Assembly (NCBI GenBank): GCA_001687465.1
Contig: LVLI01000587.1
Location: 46,516 to 66,515 of the forward strand
From: Halocafeteria seosinensis
Taxonomy: Eukaryota
Reading direction: 5' to 3'
DNA length: 20,000 nt
Within the stretch, counting starts at the first letter, position 1, and every line of letters starts with the position of its first letter. A program made the translations under genes and the position numbers. Positions 1-8,105 of this stretch are shown in pieces. The notes below the pieces were generated by a model. It was given only the letters and a program-made list of their open reading frames with translations, made no database searches and was not told the DNA's origin.

Positions 1-1
1 G

Positions 2-394
2 GCAATTTCCACCTGCAGTACTAACGCAACACTTGGACCATCGCCCACAGTCCCTGCTACGAAATCACTCCGTAAAACGGTTTTACGGAGTGAGCACACT
101 GCGATTCGTACCTCCAGCTTAGGGTTCGAGAATCCCACATGGACTGAATCAACTCTCCCTCGGAATGGCACTTCCTCACCCGCAAAAGTTCGAGCTCCAA
201 ACGAAACTCCTTCCAGCTTCGCATGCTGCGCAGGGAGCCCGTCTAAGCCCACATTGACCTTTCAGGTGACAGAAAACTATACAGTTGCTCAGGCCGAAAC
301 AAAGTTTACGGTGACAGTGTGTCAAAGGGCTGCACTAACTGCTCGCACACGCAGACTCATTTTACCGATTCGCAAGTGTAGATGGCACAAGTAA
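2..394 (+). CDS. 3' end of a gene entering from the left edge; S/T/P-rich C-terminal region, possibly a tandem paralog of the downstream GLUG-like gene
   Basis: Frame 2 is open from base 2 to TAA at 392-394 (AISTCSTNATLGPSPTVPATK...TARTRRLILPIRKCRWHK*). The S/T/P-rich tract ending in RRLILPIRKC loosely resembles the tail of the next gene (RRVHDGLLLLPLVSC). Confidence 0.5.
   Translation, partial: AISTCSTNATLGPSPTVPATKSLRKTVLRSEHTAIRTSSLGFENPTWTESTLPRNGTSSPAKVRAPNETPSSFACCAGSPSKPTLTFQVTENYTVAQAETKFTVTVCQRAALTARTRRLILPIRKCRWHK
65..93. repeat. Perfect inverted repeat, 14-bp arms with a 1-nt spacer
   Basis: TCACTCCGTAAAAC (65-78) - G - GTTTTACGGAGTGA (80-93); the arms are exact reverse complements. 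Confidence 0.95.
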
Positions 395-900
395 GGTGTC
401 GAAGAAGGTGTTGATAACCGATTGAGCAGAACAACAGGTCAATAACGTACTTACGACGCTCAGATGTGTATGTGCAATACTGTATATGTTGCTCCTAACG
501 GAAGAAATTCCCGGAATCAGCCAACAGCGGAAGTTGCGATGTTCTGAGTACTACCGTTATGCGGAGATCACGAACCTTCTAAACATTGAGATTGCATAAT
601 AAAAGTTAAGATATGGTGGACAGACGTAAATGAGGCACTGCAGAGATACAGTAGCCTGCCGGAAGGCCCTACTGAGTTTTTGCCGTTAGGATCTGAACAC
701 CGTCACAGCGGTAGCGGTTGAGATTACAGGTTGGGCAGGTGGTGACCACCGGGAGAGATGCAATTAGGGGATCCGTGCTCTGTTGGCTTAAACTACGAAG
801 TAATTTTCCCCTGCTTATGGCAACAGTTCAGAATACTCATGTTACCTGCTAAATTCTCAGGATGCGGGCCGTCTTGCGGATGCTCCCCACATGGGCACGC

Positions 901-2498
901 ATGGCGAAACCCGTGTCTTCCTGGCTCTGTCTGGTTCTAAGCATTTTGCAATATTCTACCTTGTCTTGTACAGCAGATTTGCGCTCTTGCATCATTGGGA
1001 AAGGAATCATGTTTGAGCTATATCCCGGACGAAAACCTGTTCAAAGTTAACTGTAGTATTTTTGGCATACCACGAACAAGGCTACGCTAACTGGGAGTCC
1101 GTCTCCCTCGGGCCGAATGAGGCGGCTGCTCCGACAATATCATTGACCTAGATGGTATTTTCAACTTCCAAGGCATCATTCAGATAGAAGGAGTTGGATC
1201 CTTCGCTGAAGCGCCCATGACCCAAAACGTGTGCGCTAAGAATGGAGCACTTGACTGGAACGCTGGATTCATTGTTCAGCAACGCGCGCGTTTCTTTAAG
1301 GTAGACTCGTGTAGCAGCTCAGGAACTATCGTCTCAGGAAACGGCGGGGGCATTACCGGCCGACAAGTTGGTCGTAAGCATGGTCGAGTTGAGATCTCAA
1401 ATTCACATTCCACAGGTGCATAAGGGGCCGAGGAACCGGAGGTGTTACCCGCTACAACCTAGGAGAGGATCACGGAATAGTTCACATCACGAACTGCTAT
1501 ACCACCGGGAACATTGAAGCTCAGGGGGCAGGCGGTATTGTAGGGAATAATGCAGGCTATGATAATGGAGCGGTGCACATTATCCAATCTTACTCAACCG
1601 GAAATATCATAGAAGGTGCTGATTCTAGTGGCGGTATTATAGGCTCTGGTGTCGGAGCTTCAAACGGAATTGTAACTGTAAGAGAATGCTATAGTACTGG
1701 CAAAATAGCCGCACAAAACAGCGGTTGGAAATATGGTAGTCTGGACAACGACGGGGAGGTGCATATTACAGATAGTTATTCCCGAGGCAACTTTACTGGT
1801 GACAAAGCAGGAGGTATCGGCGGAAATGCAGGTAAAGCAAGCGTATACACCATTAACTCTTATACTGCCGGTGCGGTTACAGGGATGGATGCAGGCGAAA
1901 TCATTGGAAGTATTTCTGGGGATACAAGGAAGATCGTTCACGTGAGGTATTCGGTGCATAATGGTCCACCCTTAGTCGGAGGTGGGGCGAACAAGCTCTC
2001 AAAGTCATCTATGGGGAACTCGGCAAGCTTGGAGAGGATTCGTTACAACTTATATAGCTTCGACGGATTGCAAACGTGGTTGGAGAGGGTGTGGTCTGGA
2101 CATGAAGGTGTTGGCGACTCAGCGTTGACGTTGCTGCAATATCAGATATCCCAAGCTCTTCAAACCAACCCTTCGCCCACGAGCACAGCAATACCCACCC
2201 GACAAAATCAGGCTTTGGAGTCCTCTTCTCCTACGGGGACCCCACTAGATTCCCAAATTGCTTCTACTTCACCATCGTACTCTGCCCTATGGTCGAGGCT
2301 CCTGTGACTGGGTCACCTCCGTTGCAAATGCCGGCGAGTTCTCCCACCACCAATGCGACTGCTACCCCGGAGAAGGAATCAGTAGAGACAAGAGCTGTCA
2401 AAGGGGCTTCTAGACGTGTACATGATGGGCTTTTACTACTTCCGCTGGTATCCTGCAAAGTGGTGTCTTCGCCGCATGCAGACCTCACTGGCACTTAG
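901..2498 (+). pseudogene. Frameshifted secreted/surface protein with GLUG-like Gly-rich ~30-aa repeats and an S/T/P-rich stalk
   Basis: Signal-peptide-like start at 901 (MAKPVSSWLCLVLSILQYSTLSC), with frame breaks between ~1000 and ~1140. Repeats GGIxG..aG...G.V.I..sYStG.I run across ORF 1217-1423 and continue after a frameshift at ~1420 (IRGRGTGGVTRYNLGEDHGIVHITNCYTTGNIEAQGAGGIVGNNAG) into ORF 1573-2307. The stalk continues in another frame (2289-2498). Confidence 0.75.
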
Positions 2499-3104
2499 CT
2501 TGGACGAATTACATTTCTTGACGTGGTAACTTAACTACCACTGGTAAGTCGTGCCGGTAGTTTTTAGTATTTGAAGGCCGTACGTTTAGCATGGTACACA
2601 GCAACACGGCCATCCTAGGAAACAATATTGACCGACGTCGGTTTTGTGTGGTAAGAAGTGCTTTTGAAAACCATATTCTTTGCATCCCGTTCCCCACGAT
2701 CAGCATCCAGTAAGGATAGGGAACATACCCGTGTGCGCGTGATGCCGTATAACTACTTAAGTTGATACCGGTTATGCTGAACTGGACTTGCCTAAGCTTT
2801 CCCTACGTTTCCACTCATGTATCCCATGGACATCCATACCTGTTGGTATCAAGCCCTAAATTCATACTCATGGACATAGTTGGAGCTGATGTTCTACTTT
2901 GTTTTGGTTTTTTGGGACTCTTGTACCATAGTGGTGCTGCTTGTTTGGGTCAGGTTCTGTGTCCACTTACTCGTCGATTTCGCTTCGCCAATCTGCCTTG
3001 CTGCAAGCAGGAGATTCCAAGTTCGGGCGGCCACTCGTCGACAGCATGCTAACCAGTTACAATAGTATTGTTACCATCGGAGCCTGTAGCATCACACGTG
3101 TTGT

Positions 3105-3836
3105 GTGTGTGTTGTTACCTTGAGTACTATTATTCATTATTTGCGTATATTTATATTTGCGTTCATCGTTGCGCCTCTGTGCTTGGCAATTCTCCTGCGT
3201 CCGCTGGAGCAAGCACAAGCGGTATTTTTGAAAGCCGCCGCCCCAATTCGTACGACTAGGCAAGCGATCAACAAAGAAGAAGCAGCCCAATCCCCGACGG
3301 CCACCAGACCAGTGACCACGTCAAGTGGAGGTGGCGAATTCCCAGCATTGCGCCAGAGCGGTTCACGTCGAAATGAGAAAGTGGCGAAAGAGCCTGTGGG
3401 TACGTCATTGCAGGGTGCAATAACGAATCTGAAAGCCTCTATTGCCAAGGAGGGCACAGCAGCAACTACTTCATCGTCGACCGTCAACCGGTTAGTTGAC
3501 ATCTCCCTGGACATACCGAATTCCGTACCAGATGTGAGAAAGCTTCCTCTTCTTGAAAGTGTGGAAACGTGGGCAGGAACAAAGAATGTCAAGTTTCAGG
3601 TTCGAAATGTGCCTTATTTCATGAGACTTGTTGCTTTCTCCCCTTTTCGGCTCTGCCCGAAATTCACGCCGCTCAGACACTCACCCCGTATATCAGAGAA
3701 AATAGCTGGATATATACCGCTTTTCCTCGTTCCTGATGTCGTCCAACTCTTTACTGAACTAGACGAACGGGCTCATCATTCCTGCACTCTCCAATTCAAA
3801 GGGGAAAGCAAGGAGCTTGAGAAATACAGTACATGA
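3105..3836 (+). CDS. Hypothetical 243-aa ORF with a hydrophobic N-terminus, possibly a relic of a larger membrane-protein gene
   Basis: Longest ORF in the interval; TM-like segment IIHYLRIFIFAFIVAPLCLAILL followed by an S/T-rich linker. Non-ATG start and no recognisable domain. Confidence 0.3.
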   Translation: MCVVTLSTIIHYLRIFIFAFIVAPLCLAILLRPLEQAQAVFLKAAAPIRTTRQAINKEEAAQSPTATRPVTTSSGGGEFPALRQSGSRRNEKVAKEPVGTSLQGAITNLKASIAKEGTAATTSSSTVNRLVDISLDIPNSVPDVRKLPLLESVETWAGTKNVKFQVRNVPYFMRLVAFSPFRLCPKFTPLRHSPRISEKIAGYIPLFLVPDVVQLFTELDERAHHSCTLQFKGESKELEKYST

Positions 3837-4150
3837 TACTTCGTACAATGCATCTCTATCCATCACTAGTTCAGCACTGCGCCGTGCAGTTGGTCTCGTA
3901 GTTTGTATATGACCACAGCCTCCCGATGAACCAATACCCGGAGTATTTGTCGTACGGTGTGTCTCATAAGTTCTACAGTAGTGGTGGCCACGTGGCTCAA
4001 AAGTGGAGGTCTCCGCTCGAGTCGCAACTTGAGGTTCTAGCAATCAATGCGACGTGTTCTGAGCAAGAATCTCCTCGTGTTTGCAAACCAAAAGCAATAT
4101 GAGGTTGTTACCTATTCCCAGATCCATGTGGCCAGGATGGTAAGAAGAAC

Positions 4151-4907
4151 ATGAAGCTGTTATCATGCAACAAAGCCTTGAAGCAGATTAAGGAGCAGCT
4201 CTGGAAGGCTCTCATTACCTACAAAACCCATAGGGAAGCGGTGGTGGAAGATGTGAAAATTGGTGATCTCCATAAAGCCACACTGCTGGGACTGTTTATC
4301 TATCTCCTCTTGTCGATCCTCACAAACCATGCGTACATGCAAAAGGAAGCGCCAGCGGTCTCCATCAATACTTGGAACGCCGCTGGTGAGACCATGAACC
4401 GCCTCGCCGCGTACCGTAACGGCACTTTGGAACCCCCGTGGTACTGTGATAATTCGGAGGCCGATTATGTATACGGGTCGGATTTTACTTACTTTGACAA
4501 TCAGTGAGACTTTAATGCGCCGACGGGAGAAATTTACGAGGAAGGGGACTCGTCCATCACGCTTGTCAGCTACTACCAGGATACCGCATTGGAGCAAGGA
4601 GCAACTGGGAAAAATGGTTTCATTCCAGGTACGTTCATTCTTATGCGGTGGTTCCTCAGTGTTGTAGAAGTTGATTGAGGGCTTCTACGGGAGCAGATAC
4701 GGAGTTTATAACACTCTTCTTCTCCCATGCGTTCACATCGTCGCTCGGAGTAGAAGGAGCGAACGTCAGAACTACTATTCAATCATCCGAAGGAAGTCAA
4801 AAAAAATAAAAAATAAGGACATTTCAAGAAGAAGACGTAGTTTCCATCTCAGTTAGCGAGTTGCTTTTATGGTGGGAGTTAACTTGGACGAGAGACATGT
4901 TAACAGT
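4151..4907 (+). pseudogene. Disabled, 3'-truncated P2X-receptor-like paralog
   Basis: Aligns to the - strand P2X gene (72/102 identical residues by hand count from WK.LITYKT to DNQC). TGA at 4505-4507 replaces Cys and homology continues in frame (DFNAPTGEIYEEG...NGFIP). Intron 4629-4696 sits at the same position as in the intact gene. Exon 2 (DTEFITLFFSHAFTSSLGVEGANV) has a TAA at 4807-4809 and a frameshift near 4867. Homology ends after MVGVNLDERHVNS. Confidence 0.9.
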
Positions 4908-5761
4908 GCACTTGAGATGCTCAACAAGCTCCTCTAATCACGGGTAATTTCCCGTGTGCCATACATATCAACGGATGACAACTCAGGGCCCAGTTCAGTT
5001 GGTCCGAAAGTGTGTAGCTTGTACACGTGTCCAGAAGCGTCGCGTAGGCAAATCCTTTGAAGTTCATTTTCTGCAGTCTAACCTACTGTCTATGGAAACT
5101 GTGCTTTACCGAACTCGGCGGTGTTAAAACTCGACCTTCAGTTGTGGTGGTTCTTCTTGTACAAGTACCGATCCGCAACCACCACGTCCATTGGCTTTTC
5201 GAAAAACGTGGGCGTTGTTCACTGTCAAATAGTTAATGGTGATCAGTGGCCGCATCCGGAGTGCGTCCCTGAAACTACAAGGCGACAACGACAAGGAGAA
5301 CAGAAGTAAAGTGAGTCGAGAACGGAAGTTCAATACCACATGGGAATCCCATTTCGAGAAAACTTAACTAGACTTCTTACGTTTCTCTTATGGATGTTGC
5401 TGGAAACATCATCCGCGCTCTCCAAGTTAGTCTCAGATTGTACGTGTCATAAAAGCATCAAAATCAGTTCCACCGATATACTTGTACTGAGAAGTCATGG
5501 ATTAGAAAAGAGAACCATCGCAAATAAACATTGCTTCCTGCCTAACCGGAGACGAAATCATACTTTCTATATCTTAAGTTGTATATATATACATATCACA
5601 ATTAACTATGACTCAAGTTTTCCATATATGTCTAAACTGTTTGCGCATCCTAGCGTGCTATGCGGAGAAGTGGTGCACTGTAGTCTTTTCCGTTGGTGTT
5701 ATATAGCTTCGTAATCGCCGGCAAAAGTCCACAATGAAGGGGAAATGCTAAATGCACTACA

Positions 5762-7109
5762 CTAGTCAAAGGCTTCAGTTTTCCGATGAGGATGCACAGG
5801 GCTCCGGAGATCTCCGTCCTCATGAGGCATTGGTTCTACGAGATGCGTTTTGTTGACATTCTGTAGTTCAATGGATGCGTTCTGGATAGTTGCCCACTGG
5901 TCAGCATCAAACATTTTCTTTTGGTGAAACTCTTCGAGAATCCACTTTCCGATCATATCTACAATCACTTTCGTCACTCCAAAGATGGCAATACCTACAG
6001 CAATATTCATTACAGCAGTAAACGCATCCGGCTTCCCAAGATTCCCCGATGGTAGGAAGGCAACGCTAAGAACTTGGACGTATCGTTGGAATCGCATTAA
6101 CTCTCCGTTGACCCTCTTCATTTGGATTCTCTGACCTCTGCTGGTCCACACATTTTCGGCTGCACTGACCCTGACCACCAACTCAGTGGAAAAATCAAAA
6201 GGGCGTTCGCTTCGAAAATTCATGTACTCCATTTCTGCACAAACAGAGGTAGGTACATTTTGATCACTCGTTTAGTACGTCGTTCTGTTCAGCATTCTCT
6301 ATACTTACCCATCATGATAGAGACTCCTGTCATCCTCCATAGTGGCCACTGCATACCTGCTGAAGGTGGTTGGCCGCCACTTTTTGGGTGCCGGTCATCG
6401 AGGCTAACTCCTGCCATATCAAGCAACTCTCCCATAGAAATGCCAATGGCTTCGTCCTTTGCAAACTTTTTCTGTCGGCTCCCATCTTGAGACTGAACCG
6501 TAGTAGGTACGTTAGCACCGCCAACTCCTATTGAAGTGGTGAACGCGTGGGAGAAGTACAAGTTAATGAGCTCCGTGTCTGCAGCAATCACAAACAATCA
6601 GTAGAAAGCTTTCAAATCCCCAAGATGGGCAAAACGACGTCGGGCGAGAGCATACCGGGAATGAAAGCATTGACATTATTTCCTTCTTCCAGAGGCGTAT
6701 CCTGGTAGTACGTGACAAACGAGACCGAGTTACCACCTTCATTGTACACATCCCCCATGCTGGCGTTAAAGTCACATTGGTTGTCGAAATAGGTGAATCC
6801 GGGTCCGTACACGTATTGAGTGGCAGAGTTATTACAATACCAAGGTGCTGGTTCCGTTCCACTCCGGTAAGCAGCCCAGTTGGCCAGAGCGTCTCCTGCT
6901 CCGTTCCACGAGTTGATTGATACCGCCGGCGGTTCTTTCTTCATGTAAGCATGGCTGGTGATAATGGAAACTAGTAGGTAGATAAATACACCCAAGAGAG
7001 TAGCTTTATGCAACACTCCGATTTTGACGTCTTCAACGACCACTTGGCGCTCCGTTTTATAGGTGATCAAGATCTTCCATATCTTGTTTTTCAGCTCATT
7101 CAAGGTCAT
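5762..7109 (-). CDS. P2X: P2X receptor-like trimeric cation channel subunit, ~398 aa; exons 7109-6656, 6578-6309, 6234-5762
   Basis: N-terminal YxTx[KR] motif (YKTER) and TM1 IGVLHKATLLGVFIYLLVSIITSHAY. Pre-TM2/TM2 GNLGKPDAFTAVMNIAVGIAIFGVTKVIVD matches the P2X GKAGKFD..NIGSGLA..G...V.CD pattern, followed by FHQKK (YxxxK-like). Two GT-AG introns (6655-6579, 77 nt; 6308-6235, 74 nt) join three ORFs in frame: 1197 nt, a typical P2X length. Confidence 0.88.
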
Positions 7110-8105
7110 TTTCCCTCGTAATTCTCACGCTTGCAATGAACCTGAATAGGAGCTGTGTGGTACAATATTGAGATGAGACTCCAATTGTTCCTGCTGTTCA
7201 GGACGTCTCGGGGCCACAGATGCGTGGTTTTATGGTCTTTTGAGCCCAAAGAACCCGGTACACGCTCTTCGGAATATTCCTGTTGTTGCTTTACCTTTTG
7301 TATGCTACGGAACGTCTTGAATGGCGCTAGAAACTCGCTAATAAGACGTAGGGGAGCCCCCAATATACCCTCTGCACACTGTAGTTCAGCGTTAATTTCG
7401 CCCTCAAAGATGGGATCTCTCTCTCTCAACCCGACTTTCTAAGGAGAGTAACGAGTCCGACCGTGTGCAACAGCAACAACACCAACATCTTTTGGGAGGT
7501 GGGGTATACTATACAACTATGGGTGAAGAAACTGGGAGTGGTGGCCTCAGGTCGCACGACCCAAAGACGCGGAAAACTTCGAAGAAATCCCGCCTAAGGC
7601 CCTGAACCATAAGTTCCAAATAGGTTTGGTAGAATCGACTCAGAATGTGGTCGAAAGGGTTTTTTGAAGGCAGTGGTGGTGGCAATCAATTGTTGTCATC
7701 CTCATATCTTATCTTCGACGACTACACATACGGATTGATCCCGAACTACCAACAAGTACCAGGTGCAGGCAGGGGATAAAAATGTATAGGAGAAAACTTC
7801 TGGGAACAAATATCGGAGAGTATCTGCCGTGGAATCGAACCGCGAAACTCCCCTACACTGTACGTAGTTGGAGAGGAGCATGTACGCAAAATGTGAGACT
7901 AGATCATCTGATGGGGGACAGTGAAAATTTCCCCGTGAAATCCACCAGTATAAAACCCCACCAGAGACCCCGGGCTGAGCCCCGACCACACGGCAGGGTT
8001 TCCCGCCCCTTAGCCGTTAAATGGGACGGGTCCATACAGGACAGCCTATGTTTTGTTGGTTTAGAGGCATGCGGTACGAGTTCCACTCGGGGTGGTGCGT
8101 TCAAA

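Noticed and set aside
1330..1920. Periodic repeats as a CRISPR array or DNA tandem repeat
   Set aside because: Periodicity exists only at the protein level; there are no conserved nucleotide direct repeats.
4505..4507. In-frame TGA aligned to a Cys codon, suggesting selenocysteine or readthrough
   Set aside because: The same copy also has a TAA (4807), a frameshift (~4867) and lacks the last exon; a simple TGY->TGA nonsense change is more parsimonious.
6212..6220. NFR tripeptide (YMNFRSE) as the canonical P2X ATP-binding NFR motif
   Set aside because: It directly follows the GVSIMMEMEY strand, roughly 20 residues upstream of where the canonical motif should lie relative to TM2; probably coincidental, pending a profile alignment.
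4151..7109. Fold-back dsRNA/siRNA source from the inverted P2X pair
   Set aside because: The copies are substantially diverged at nucleotide level and would need a long readthrough transcript; no supporting evidence.
7782..8105. N-terminal 108 codons of the 996-aa ORF
   Set aside because: Composition is unlike the rest of the protein; ATG 8106 has a better context. Not excluded, but likely 5'UTR.
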